DNA from: a virus
DNA: 38,825 nt
UHGV virus genome: UHGV-0212475
Direction: 5' to 3' (one strand)
The notes beneath the pieces are model-generated. The model was given only the letters and a program-made list of their open reading frames with translations, was not told where the DNA came from and made no database searches. Below are positions 1 through 8,046 of the stretch, piece by piece (the stretch's first letter is position 1; every line of letters begins with the position of its first letter). The position numbers and the translations under genes are program-made.

Positions 1-430
1 ATAAAATTTGTCTGCTTCTGTTTGCGATTTAAAAGCTCTTGTTTGCTGGGTTCGCAAATCTTTTACCATGATAGGTTTTGGCGCTGGCATTCGTCAACCT
101 CCTTTGCGTTACATTTTAGTTTAAGAGAAAAAGTCCCTAACAATATTATAGCACAAAAACTGTTCTTTGAGAAACCAGCTTTTGTGCTGTTTATGAGGGA
201 AGAAATTCGTATTAGTGAGATTATGAAACAATGCGTGAAACGTTTGATATTGTTGAAAAGAAACCAGTTTTGAATCGTTTTTTACGAGGGAAAAAGCCTG
301 TTTTGAAACTTCGTTTTTAGAATTCTGTGTGGAAAGAAGGAATCTCCGATTGTAGCCACCAAAATATTGGCGGGGGGTGTTAAAATTTTCAGCTACCATC
401 CCCTCGCTTTTGGTCGTATCCCCCTTGAAA

Positions 431-826
431 TTATTTATTGATAGCCCTACCTGCATTTTTAAAGGAATGAGCGTGGTCCTCTTTGTTGTGACAGGATTGG
501 CAAATTGATTCTAAATTATTAATATCTAAACGTTTTTCCCAACCAGTTGCTGTACGTATTTCCGCCTTATGGTGGACGATAGTGGCAAGCGTCTTGGTGT
601 GGTCATTGCGTTCACATACTTCACACATTGGATTGATACTTAACTTGTATTGTCTTATTCGTTTCCATTCACTTGACTGGTAGAACTCTGCATACCTTTT
701 GTTCTGTGGATTAGTGCGCACATACTTATTGTATTGTGTGGCTGTGTTGCCCTTGTGCTTATCACAATACAGCTCTGGTTGCTTCACATATTCTCTACAT
801 AAAGCAACCTTGCACTTCTTGTACAT
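431..826 (-). CDS. HNH endonuclease, Zn-ribbon type (terminase/cos-associated class)
   Basis: 131 aa; paired Cys motifs (CKVALC, CDKH, CEVC, CQSCH) around an HH...N...H core; TAATG start/stop coupling with the upstream ORF; sits at the end of the minus operon next to the G/C-tract region. Confidence 0.75.
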   Translation of the reverse strand: MYKKCKVALCREYVKQPELYCDKHKGNTATQYNKYVRTNPQNKRYAEFYQSSEWKRIRQYKLSINPMCEVCERNDHTKTLATIVHHKAEIRTATGWEKRLDINNLESICQSCHNKEDHAHSFKNAGRAINK

Positions 827-1041
827 TAGAACGAGTACATGTCTTTCTTAGTTACTGTATCACTAAAGGTGTATGATGTCAAGTGTTGTGGTCCTGTTTG
901 GTCTGTGCATTGCATTGTGTCAGTATCCTTGTTCCTTTGTTCTGTTAGTAATCCCTCCAGTGTTCTGATGTATGCCACTAGGTCCACCTTGTTACTCTTT
1001 AGTAACTGCTTATCTGTCTTGTTATATAGCTCATGTTCCAT
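826..1041 (-). CDS. hypothetical protein (71 aa)
   Basis: ATG with AGGTGA RBS; translationally coupled to neighbours. Confidence 0.4.
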   Translation of the reverse strand: MEHELYNKTDKQLLKSNKVDLVAYIRTLEGLLTEQRNKDTDTMQCTDQTGPQHLTSYTFSDTVTKKDMYSF

Positions 1042-1241
1042 TAGTCGTCACCTCGTTTAGTTGCTTTGAACAGTACACTGAATACAATATTAACAATAAC
1101 TAACCATGCAATAACAGTGTGACCTGTTGCAAACAATACACCTACAATTACCCATAAGATATAGATGTTCAATGCTAACAAACCGAGTGCTAAGATGACT
1201 GCCAATACAAGTGCAATGATATTTCTTACTTCTTTATCCAT
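1041..1241 (-). CDS. small membrane protein (66 aa, 2 predicted TM helices)
   Basis: ATG preceded by GGAGGAAT RBS; strongly hydrophobic sequence. Confidence 0.5.
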   Translation of the reverse strand: MDKEVRNIIALVLAVILALGLLALNIYILWVIVGVLFATGHTVIAWLVIVNIVFSVLFKATKRGDD

Positions 1242-1276
1242 TATTATTCCTCCTAATGTTTTTACTTTACTTCTAT

Positions 1277-1310
1277 ATTATAGCATACTTATTTGTACTT
1301 TAGGGAATAG
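1277..1310 (-). promoter_or_regulatory. putative promoter for the minus operon 1241 down to 431 (extended -10 TGcTATAAT on the minus strand)
   Basis: revcomp of 1277-1285 is TGCTATAAT; weak -35. Confidence 0.3.
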
Positions 1311-1330
1311 ATTAACCATTAACCAGTATG

Positions 1331-1471
1331 AAATGTTCTCGATGTGTTCTCGGTGTTCTCGATGTGTTCTCTGTTTAAGTAACCAGTTAGTCCAATCGAG
1401 AACGCCTGTAAACGTTGATAAACCAACATTCTTAGTCTATTTTATTATAAGTGTTCTCGATGTTCTCTGTA
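1331..1471. repeat. iteron-like cluster I: GTTCTC hexamer x6 in plus polarity, including 4 tandem (T)GTTCTCG(A/G)TG units
   Basis: exact GTTCTC at 1335, 1346, 1355, 1366, 1453, 1462; chance expectation for one hexamer in 300 bp is about 0.15. Confidence 0.8.
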
Positions 1472-1539
1472 TATTCTACTCCATTTGTAGAAAAATAATA
1501 TAATATAAAAAAACGTATATATAGAATGAGTTGAAACAA
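1472..1539. promoter_or_regulatory. AT-rich core between the inverted iteron clusters (candidate DNA-unwinding element)
   Basis: aaaaataatataatataaaaaaacgtatatatagaatg; more than 80% A+T. Confidence 0.4.
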
Positions 1540-1646
1540 TGAGGAACACAGAGACCATGTAGAACAACCCTACTCTCCCAAGGGATTCACATGTTCTCTG
1601 TACGATTTCAATCGAGAACAAACAGAGAACACATGAGGAACATTTC
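1540..1646. repeat. iteron-like cluster II: GAGAAC in opposite polarity, plus the inverted repeat CACATGTTCTCTG...CAGAGAACACATG
   Basis: GAGAAC at 1398, 1614, 1625; GTTCTC at 1593; degenerate GAGGAACA at 1542 and 1635. Confidence 0.75.
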
Positions 1647-1686
1647 ATATTGGTTTCAATATTTAAAAACTTTTTAAACAAAACTA

Positions 1687-1715
1687 TTGACAAATAACCT
1701 AACATGGTTTATTAT
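1687..1715 (+). promoter_or_regulatory. early promoter TTGACA-17-TATTAT
   Basis: -35 at 1687-1692, -10 at 1710-1715, A/T tract upstream. Confidence 0.6.
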
Positions 1716-1763
1716 AATAAATGTAAACCACAACAAACAAAAACAATTTAGGAGGAAATTATT

Positions 1764-2129
1764 ATGAAGAACAAAACAATGAAGGAAATCGTAGGAGTAG
1801 TAAAGGCAATCAAGTATATTGAATCACTGGACGAGAACACAACTGTTATCTCACACACTGTTAATGGAATGTTCCATTATATTATTACTGAAACAGAAGT
1901 CAAACAAGTTGAAAATGAAATACAAAAGCTTGAACAACACATTGAGCGGACACGGAACCATTTCGTAGAAGATTTGAAAAATAGCGTTGACAACATGAAT
2001 TTCTACTACGATAACGGAAATATGATTGATTATAATCTATATAAAGAACAAACTGACGGTATCATAGAACGTTATGGTGAAAAGATGGTAGATTTAAACA
2101 AAAGACTTGACAAACTAAAAAATCAATAG
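1764..2129 (+). CDS. hypothetical early protein (121 aa)
   Basis: AGGAGGAAAT RBS; first gene after the promoter. Confidence 0.6.
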   Translation: MKNKTMKEIVGVVKAIKYIESLDENTTVISHTVNGMFHYIITETEVKQVENEIQKLEQHIERTRNHFVEDLKNSVDNMNFYYDNGNMIDYNLYKEQTDGIIERYGEKMVDLNKRLDKLKNQ

Positions 2130-2164
2130 TACACTGGTTTCATAAGATAAAAGGAGGAAACAAA

Positions 2165-2539
2165 ATGCCATTAAAAATTAAATGCACATACGTAGCAGAA
2201 GGAGAGCCATTCACACTAGGTGAAAAATATAGTATTTATTGCGAAAGCGCAACTAATCGTGTGTATTACATTAAGAATGATTTAGGGTTTAAACTACCAT
2301 ACAGACATGATGAAGATGGACCAGTTATTGACGGCTTACTAGATACATTACACACTGTACACTATTCACATTTTACACCATGTATTACATTAAACGACGA
2401 ACCAGAAAAAGATATTAAAAAAGAAGTATACGAATTACTTGACAAAGCTGTAGAACTGCTTTACAATAATCAAGAAGTATTCAATATCAAATTAGATGAT
2501 TTTGTAACACTAGTTAAAATCAAGGAGGACCTAAAATGA
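2165..2539 (+). CDS. hypothetical early protein (124 aa); member of a 3-gene paralog family (KCT..EPF..G.EY.I N-domain)
   Basis: AAGGAGGAAACAAA RBS; N-terminus similar to the ORFs at 2721 and 4666. Confidence 0.6.
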   Translation: MPLKIKCTYVAEGEPFTLGEKYSIYCESATNRVYYIKNDLGFKLPYRHDEDGPVIDGLLDTLHTVHYSHFTPCITLNDEPEKDIKKEVYELLDKAVELLYNNQEVFNIKLDDFVTLVKIKEDLK

Positions 2540-2724
2540 AAACAGTACACATTGCTATGGACGGAGAAACAGATACAATTTTAACCGTTGGTTTCTCAAA
2601 ATCAACTGTACTTGAAGAACTATTTCAGATTGATGTATATTTTCCAAGCAAACAAGAGTTTTTATCACGATGGCACGAACGCTATTTGATTGAGGTATGG
2701 ACTGTAGGGGAGGAATTGAAATGA
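2536..2724 (+). CDS. hypothetical protein (62 aa)
   Basis: AAGGAGGA RBS; ATGA overlap with the upstream gene. Confidence 0.5.
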   Translation: MKTVHIAMDGETDTILTVGFSKSTVLEELFQIDVYFPSKQEFLSRWHERYLIEVWTVGEELK

Positions 2725-3119
2725 AATATAGAATGAAATGCACAAAACAGACAGTAGAACCATTTTTTACAGAAGGTAAAGAATACTTCATTGCTCACAA
2801 CAATAATATTGGGTACTTTATTAAAGATGATAATAACGAAATTGTAGGAGATGGAAAAACACGTGAAGAATTATTGAATAATTTAAATGAATATTGGGAT
2901 TCGCAATTTGAACTGATTGTGATTGATGGAGATAAAGAAAACAAAGTATTACTAACACTCAATGAAAACAAAGAGTTAAGTATTAATATTAAAAAAGCAG
3001 ATGAAGCAGAAGTGATTTATATGTTAATGGCTGGCTTAATTCGTGTATGTAAAGAAGTTGAAGCAGAACAAGATTTAATGATTAAAACTATTAAAGAACT
3101 TTGGGGGAATGTAGAATGA
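2721..3119 (+). CDS. hypothetical early protein (132 aa; paralog of 2165)
   Basis: internal ATG at 2721 with GGGGAGGAATTGAA RBS preferred over the upstream start; ATGA overlap. Confidence 0.55.
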   Translation: MKYRMKCTKQTVEPFFTEGKEYFIAHNNNIGYFIKDDNNEIVGDGKTREELLNNLNEYWDSQFELIVIDGDKENKVLLTLNENKELSINIKKADEAEVIYMLMAGLIRVCKEVEAEQDLMIKTIKELWGNVE

Positions 3120-3382
3120 AAACCGCATGGTTAGTAAAAGTTGACTATAAAGTTACAACAATGAAAGGCTTCAACTCATATGAGAGCGCACTCAATTATT
3201 ACAATGAAATGGTAGATAAAGTAGAAGAACAAATTGAAGAACGTAACTATGAGAAAATAGAAACATACACTGGTGACGATAAACCACGATTAACAATGTT
3301 CATATACTGGAATGAAGATTACACATTCCGTACAACACTTGGTTTCGTATCAATCAAACAAATTGAATGGGAGGAAGAATAA
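3116..3382 (+). CDS. hypothetical protein (88 aa)
   Basis: ATG at 3116 overlaps the upstream stop (ATGA). Confidence 0.45.
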   Translation: MKTAWLVKVDYKVTTMKGFNSYESALNYYNEMVDKVEEQIEERNYEKIETYTGDDKPRLTMFIYWNEDYTFRTTLGFVSIKQIEWEEE

Positions 3383-3609
3383 TGTTAGTAAGTAAAATGT
3401 ATACAGTAGGTCAATTATTAGACACAGTGTGTTATGGTACAAAGGTTAGACTTGCGAATTATGGGGCAACTGATATTATCACACAATTTATGATGTCAGT
3501 TGATGTTGAATATAAAAAAGAGTTTGAATTGGTAGAACCATATATTGAAAATGAAGTGATGTCAGTAGCAATCACTTCTGACGGAAAACTATATATTGAA
3601 ATAATTTAA
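3382..3609 (+). CDS. hypothetical protein (75 aa)
   Basis: GGGAGGAAGAATA RBS; TAATG overlap. Confidence 0.5.
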   Translation: MLVSKMYTVGQLLDTVCYGTKVRLANYGATDIITQFMMSVDVEYKKEFELVEPYIENEVMSVAITSDGKLYIEII

Positions 3610-3628
3610 AACTTTTTGAACAAAAGTG

Positions 3629-3659
3629 TTGACAACTACTATATCACATGGTATAGTAG
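3629..3659 (+). promoter_or_regulatory. early promoter TTGACA-17-TATAGT with a palindromic operator (CTACTATAT-N7-TATAGTAG) overlapping the -10
   Basis: -35 at 3629-3634, -10 at 3652-3657; palindrome 3636-3659; 1 of 3 copies. Confidence 0.65.
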
Positions 3660-3683
3660 GTACATAAGATAACAACAAACAAA

Positions 3684-4007
3684 TTGGAGGAATTAAAAAT
3701 GACAAACTACGAAAAAGAATTATTCACTAAAATCTTAACAGGTAATATTAAATATGAAATTGCAGGTAAAGAAAACGAAATGTTAGATGGATATATTACA
3801 AGAGATGAATTTAACGAATATAAAGGAATGCTAAACCTATTAAACGTAGCTAATAAAATTTTTAATGAAGCATACACAACTGGTTATTTCAAATCAAGTA
3901 AAACAGATACAGTTATTGAAGCTAAACACGTGAAATTTTTAGGTAATGAAGAACTTGAAATTATCAAAACAACAGCAGTTTTACATGCAACTGTAGCTTT
4001 TAAATAA
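3684..4007 (+). CDS. hypothetical protein (107 aa)
   Basis: TTGGAGGAATTAAAA RBS. Confidence 0.55.
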   Translation: MEELKMTNYEKELFTKILTGNIKYEIAGKENEMLDGYITRDEFNEYKGMLNLLNVANKIFNEAYTTGYFKSSKTDTVIEAKHVKFLGNEELEIIKTTAVLHATVAFK

Positions 4008-4018
4008 AATTAATAAAA

Positions 4019-4051
4019 GGGGTTGACAAGTTCAACCCCAAGTGATATACT
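4019..4051 (+). promoter_or_regulatory. early promoter TTGACA-17-TATACT with its -35 inside an 8-bp-stem hairpin (GGGGTTGAcaagtTCAACCCC)
   Basis: -35 at 4023-4028, -10 at 4046-4051; identical hairpin copy at 8803-8823. Confidence 0.6.
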
Positions 4052-4080
4052 TAGTTCATAAATTAATAGGGGGAATTAGA

Positions 4081-4443
4081 ATGTTAGTATTAAAAAAGAA
4101 ATATGATAAGCTGGTACATGATTACAATTTCTTAGTAGACATTAAAGAGGATTGGAAAGACTCTTACAATCAAATGCAGTCAAACAATGTTAAGTTAGAA
4201 CAACGTATTGGCAGACTTGAAAAAGAACTTGACAAAGCAGATGATGAAGTATTGGACCTAAAACTTGAACGTGACAGGTACAAAGAAGCACATAAACAAG
4301 TACGTCAAAAATATATTGATAAAGATGTTGAACTACAAATTGTTGACCGTATTGTTTTACAGTATGAACAACGAATTAACTTATTAGAGGAGGAAATAGA
4401 AGAACTTAAAAACTATATGGAGGAATTAAAAGAATATGAATAA
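4081..4443 (+). CDS. hypothetical coiled-coil protein (120 aa)
   Basis: internal ATG at 4081 with GGGGGAATTAGA RBS; heptad-rich, Glu/Lys-rich sequence. Confidence 0.5.
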   Translation: MLVLKKKYDKLVHDYNFLVDIKEDWKDSYNQMQSNNVKLEQRIGRLEKELDKADDEVLDLKLERDRYKEAHKQVRQKYIDKDVELQIVDRIVLQYEQRINLLEEEIEELKNYMEELKEYE

Positions 4444-4526
4444 AAACGATTGTATGAAACCACGATACGTTGAGCGTGACGAACCAAGGCAATACAAATG
4501 TATTACAATAAATCATAAAGAAAGTA

Positions 4527-4555
4527 TTGACAATCAAAAACAACCATGGTAATAT
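4527..4555 (+). promoter_or_regulatory. early promoter TTGACA-17-TGgTAATAT
   Basis: -35 at 4527-4532; extended -10 at 4547-4555. Confidence 0.5.
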
Positions 4556-4585
4556 AAATTCATAGAGATAAGGGAGGAAGCAACA

Positions 4586-4669
4586 ATGGCAAGTTTTATT
4601 ATCATGGTTACAATTGGATTTAAAATCGTATTTGCACTATATATGTTAACAGGAGGAACAGAACAATGA
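4586..4669 (+). CDS. small hydrophobic peptide (27 aa, MASFIIMVTIGFKIVFALYMLTGGTEQ)
   Basis: AGGGAGGAAGCAACA RBS; ATGA-coupled to the downstream gene; homologous to the peptide at 5349. Confidence 0.35.
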   Translation: MASFIIMVTIGFKIVFALYMLTGGTEQ

Positions 4670-5283
4670 AATACACAGAAAAAGACTTATACAAAGGTAT
4701 GAAGTTGCGTTGCATTGATGATGGTTTGTACGATTTTTGGACAGAAGGAGCTATCTATACAGTTGAAGAAAGCACATACGGCGGTTTAATTATTAGAGGA
4801 GAAGGTGACCGTAGTGACCGCCCAACATACGACATTTTAAACTATTTGAACGGTAAAACACTAGTAAAAATGGAAATTGTAGAGGAGGAAAAACAAGTGA
4901 CAAAATATGTTGAGATTACAAAATTAATTGATTGGTCACGTGACCCAGAACTATTGGAAGTTGGTAAAGTATACAAAGTAGAAGCAGAGTATAAAGAATC
5001 AATGTATCTTAATGGTGTATCAATTTATATTAATGAAAATGAATCATGCTATTACTTACGTTCAGACCAATTTAAATTTGTTGATGAACCAGTTGCAGAA
5101 ATTAAAGTTGATACATTAGAAGTGATTGAAGCTAAAATTGAACAGTTAGCAAACGAACAAGAAAACTTGTACAACAAAAGAATGCGTATCAAAGAACAAG
5201 AAGAAGCATTGCGTGAAAAACGAATGAAATTAAAAGAAGCTAAAAAAGCACTTGAATTTTTAAAAAAACAAAATTATTTATAA
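4666..5283 (+). CDS. hypothetical protein (205 aa); N-domain related to the 2165/2721 family, C-terminal coiled coil
   Basis: AGGAGGAACAGAACA RBS. Confidence 0.6.
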   Translation: MKYTEKDLYKGMKLRCIDDGLYDFWTEGAIYTVEESTYGGLIIRGEGDRSDRPTYDILNYLNGKTLVKMEIVEEEKQVTKYVEITKLIDWSRDPELLEVGKVYKVEAEYKESMYLNGVSIYINENESCYYLRSDQFKFVDEPVAEIKVDTLEVIEAKIEQLANEQENLYNKRMRIKEQEEALREKRMKLKEAKKALEFLKKQNYL

Positions 5284-5288
5284 AACAC

Positions 5289-5322
5289 TTGACACCTACT
5301 ATATCTAATGGTATAGTAGGTG
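5289..5322 (+). promoter_or_regulatory. early promoter TTGACA-17-TATAGT with an 11-bp-arm palindromic operator (CACCTACTATA-N8-TATAGTAGGTG)
   Basis: -35 at 5289-5294, -10 at 5312-5317; palindrome 5293-5322. Confidence 0.65.
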
Positions 5323-5348
5323 TATAAGATAACTAAGGAGGAATTGAC

Positions 5349-5426
5349 ATGGCAGTATTTGGTTTAGTATTTGTAACAATTGGAATCTGGGGTACTTACA
5401 ACATTATCAAGTATATTGAGGACTAG
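5349..5426 (+). CDS. small hydrophobic peptide (25 aa, MAVFGLVFVTIGIWGTYNIIKYIED)
   Basis: AAGGAGGAATTGAC RBS; first cistron after the promoter. Confidence 0.35.
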   Translation: MAVFGLVFVTIGIWGTYNIIKYIED

Positions 5427-5437
5427 GAGGAAGAAGA

Positions 5438-5662
5438 ATGATAACCAAAACAAATTATCATATTTGTTTAACAAACAATGAGTATATAAACTTGCAAACA
5501 GAAACACCAATTTTAGTAATGTATGAACAAGCGGTTGAAAATGATGAAAAATTATTGAAGTTAGAAAAACCAGAAACGCTTTATATTGATGGTGAAAAAC
5601 AATACACATTTATCACAATTCCACTTGATTCAATCTTATATGTATTGGAGGACGCAAAATGA
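5438..5662 (+). CDS. hypothetical protein (74 aa)
   Basis: TAGGAGGAAGAAGA RBS. Confidence 0.5.
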   Translation: MITKTNYHICLTNNEYINLQTETPILVMYEQAVENDEKLLKLEKPETLYIDGEKQYTFITIPLDSILYVLEDAK

Positions 5663-5877
5663 AAGAAGTTGGCACATTTTGGGAGTTTAAAGGTCAGGAC
5701 CTATATTATTTAATTATTGGTAGATTTGAAACATATAATAGTGTTATCTATTATGATGACTTTTCTAAGTCATTTAGTTATACAACACTAAGTGAAGAAC
5801 AATGCGATATGTTAGTACCGTCAACAAATTTAGAATATAACAATATGTTAATTGAGGAGTTGTCTAATATTGAGTGA
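5659..5877 (+). CDS. hypothetical protein (72 aa)
   Basis: GGAGGACGCAAA RBS; ATGA overlap. Confidence 0.5.
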   Translation: MKEVGTFWEFKGQDLYYLIIGRFETYNSVIYYDDFSKSFSYTTLSEEQCDMLVPSTNLEYNNMLIEELSNIE

Positions 5878-6088
5878 TTCAGTGAAAGTGATTGGGTCAA
5901 TTTGGGCTTCAACTGATGGGTTGAACATTTACAGAATTGACAAGATAGACACACGTGGTTATTTTATCACATTATTAGACAATGAAATACACATGGTTTC
6001 CAAAACATGGATACACAAGCAAGCTACCATGTGTGACACAAAAGCAACTAAAACACAAAAACAACAGTTTGAGGAGGAAACAAAATGA
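5870..6088 (+). CDS. hypothetical protein (about 72 aa; start uncertain, TTG at 5870 or the upstream TTG at 5852)
   Basis: GGAGGAG at 5853-5859. Confidence 0.35.
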   Translation: MSDSVKVIGSIWASTDGLNIYRIDKIDTRGYFITLLDNEIHMVSKTWIHKQATMCDTKATKTQKQQFEEETK

Positions 6089-6276
6089 GTAAATTTGAAG
6101 CATTTATGATGGCATGTATCGCAGTAGCTATGTTAATAGTATTTGGTCTAATACTATTTTCTATTATAATGATTTTATCTGCAATGAAACCAATTGGTTG
6201 GGTTATAATTGGTGTAATCACACTGGTAACTTTATTACTAACTATTGGTATATACCAATACGACAAACATTTTTAA
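6085..6276 (+). CDS. small membrane protein (63 aa, 2 TM)
   Basis: GAGGAGGAAACAAA RBS; ATGA overlap. Confidence 0.5.
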   Translation: MSKFEAFMMACIAVAMLIVFGLILFSIIMILSAMKPIGWVIIGVITLVTLLLTIGIYQYDKHF

Positions 6277-6298
6277 AATTAAATATGCTATGATAAGG

Positions 6299-6347
6299 GA
6301 GAAAGTTAAATAAAACAGTTGACTTTCTCTTTTTTAGATGGTATATT
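6299..6347 (+). terminator. terminator-promoter fusion: GAGAAAGT/ACTTTCTC hairpin plus T6, with TTGACT (6319-6324) in the right arm and TATATT at 6342-6347
   Basis: stem 8 bp, loop 15 nt, U-tract 6330-6336; 17-bp spacing from -35 to -10. Confidence 0.6.
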
Positions 6348-6376
6348 AATGTCATAAGATATTAGGAGGAATAAAG

Positions 6377-7957
6377 ATGGTAAATGAATTACAAAAAGTT
6401 GAATATGACCAACCAGTTGAATTAAGCTTTATCAGCACGCTTGAAAAGACTTTGACACCTAGCAAGCAATATATCAAAGCTTTAAAGGAGTACGAAAAGG
6501 ACCATAAGGAGTGGGAAGTAGACTTCAAAAATGGAGATGCTGCTAAGAATGCAGAACCGCTACGACCAGAACCAACATATGATGGCTTAAATGCTGAAGC
6601 ATTGGCTGTTAACATGGCTAAGGTGTTACCAGTACACGCAAGTTCAACAATAGGTTTACCAGTGGTTTATAACCATGACACAAAAATCTATGAGGTGTCA
6701 GAGGATAACTTGGAAGCTCGTTTATGGCAAAAACTCTACAATGAGTTCATGATGGTATACACACCACATTATGCGGAAAATGCAAAGGTTGCTAACCAGT
6801 TTAGAAATGCAGTCCAAAGAATGGCAAAAAATGCACTTGCTTCTGGTGCTAACCTACCATTTAATGACAAAATGGACCCAAACAAAATAGCCTTTAAAAA
6901 TGGAACATATCGTTTTAAAGAGGACACATTAAAACCAACGGTAAAAGAGGACTACCAAACAACAAGAATTGAATATGATTATATTGAAAAACCTAAACAC
7001 AATATAGTTGCTGAATGGATTGAGTATATTTTAGAAGAGGACGCAAAAACACTATTTCAATTGATTGGACGTATTTTCTACCGCAACCAAGACCCGCAAG
7101 CAATGGTATTTGCAACTGGTGAAGGTAGTAACGGTAAATCTCACGTTATGGCATTTATTGAGGACCTAGTAGGCAAATCAAACACAAGTCATGCAACACT
7201 ATCTAGCTTGTCAGGTAATAATGATAAATTCGCAAGCTCTCAATTATTTGGTAAAATGGTAAATATTGAAACGGATATGCCAGCGCAACACATTAAGCAA
7301 ACAGGTACACTGAAAACACTATCAGGTAATGATGTTATGAGTGCAGAGTATAAAGGTATTAACAAGTTCACATTCACGAACTATGCACTAATGATTTTCA
7401 CAACTAATAACATGCCTACATTTAGTGATACTTCACACGGTTTCTTGCGCCGTATTATCACATTACCATTTAATAAGACAATGGGAAGAGATAACCCAAC
7501 TGATTCAATGTGGCTGGAACGTTCAAAGAATTTCACATATGAAGAAAAGTCAGAGTTTATCAGCTACTGTCTGCAACAATATAGAAATGTACTTTTTGGG
7601 CTAAATGGAGAAACCAAGGGTCACTTCTGGACCAGTGAGAATGCAAATAAATTACGTGACGCATTTATACAAGGAAATGACACAATGGCTAACTTTATTG
7701 ATATGAATGAGATTGAGTTTGTAGAAGATGAAAACTCATTTATCCCAACAAACGAATTATTAGAAGCATATAACGATATGTTAGTTAATGAAGGACTAAT
7801 GACTGTTTCAGCTCGTAAGTTTGTGCCAGAACTACAACGCAAATCGCAGAATATTGTATTAAACAGAGTTAAAAAACGAGTTAACGGACGACCACAATAC
7901 GTTTTGACCAATATTAAATGGGCTAATAACTTTACTGAAACAGATAATATTTTTTAA
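6377..7957 (+). CDS. D5_N domain + SF3 (P4-type) replicative helicase/NTPase
   Basis: 526 aa; Walker A GEGSNGKS; D5_N-like region (LPFNDK...IAFKNGTYRF); AGGAGGAATAAAG RBS. Confidence 0.8.
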   Translation: MVNELQKVEYDQPVELSFISTLEKTLTPSKQYIKALKEYEKDHKEWEVDFKNGDAAKNAEPLRPEPTYDGLNAEALAVNMAKVLPVHASSTIGLPVVYNHDTKIYEVSEDNLEARLWQKLYNEFMMVYTPHYAENAKVANQFRNAVQRMAKNALASGANLPFNDKMDPNKIAFKNGTYRFKEDTLKPTVKEDYQTTRIEYDYIEKPKHNIVAEWIEYILEEDAKTLFQLIGRIFYRNQDPQAMVFATGEGSNGKSHVMAFIEDLVGKSNTSHATLSSLSGNNDKFASSQLFGKMVNIETDMPAQHIKQTGTLKTLSGNDVMSAEYKGINKFTFTNYALMIFTTNNMPTFSDTSHGFLRRIITLPFNKTMGRDNPTDSMWLERSKNFTYEEKSEFISYCLQQYRNVLFGLNGETKGHFWTSENANKLRDAFIQGNDTMANFIDMNEIEFVEDENSFIPTNELLEAYNDMLVNEGLMTVSARKFVPELQRKSQNIVLNRVKKRVNGRPQYVLTNIKWANNFTETDNIF

Positions 7958-7965
7958 AATAATTT

Positions 7966-8015
7966 AAAGAAAGTTGACTAAAACAGTTGACTTTCTTTTT
8001 TTCGCATGGTATACT
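7966..8015 (+). terminator. terminator-promoter fusion: AAAGAAAGT/ACTTTCTTT hairpin plus T7, with TTGACT (7987-7992) and TATACT (8010-8015)
   Basis: 9-bp stem; U-tract 7996-8002; 17-bp spacer. Confidence 0.6.
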
Positions 8016-8046
8016 TAGTTCATAAGTTAAGAGGAGGAATTAAGAA

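Noticed and set aside
22-456. ORFs 22..273 (+) and 121..456 (-)
   Set aside because: No RBS; they overlap each other; low-complexity products. The region is better explained as a non-coding cos/regulatory sequence with dyads and G/C tracts.
1331-1646. Considered whether the GTTCTC repeats are a CRISPR array
   Set aside because: The units are 6-9 bp with 9-11-bp periodicity, far too short and irregular for CRISPR repeats and spacers, and no cas genes are present. Interpreted as iterons or operators instead.
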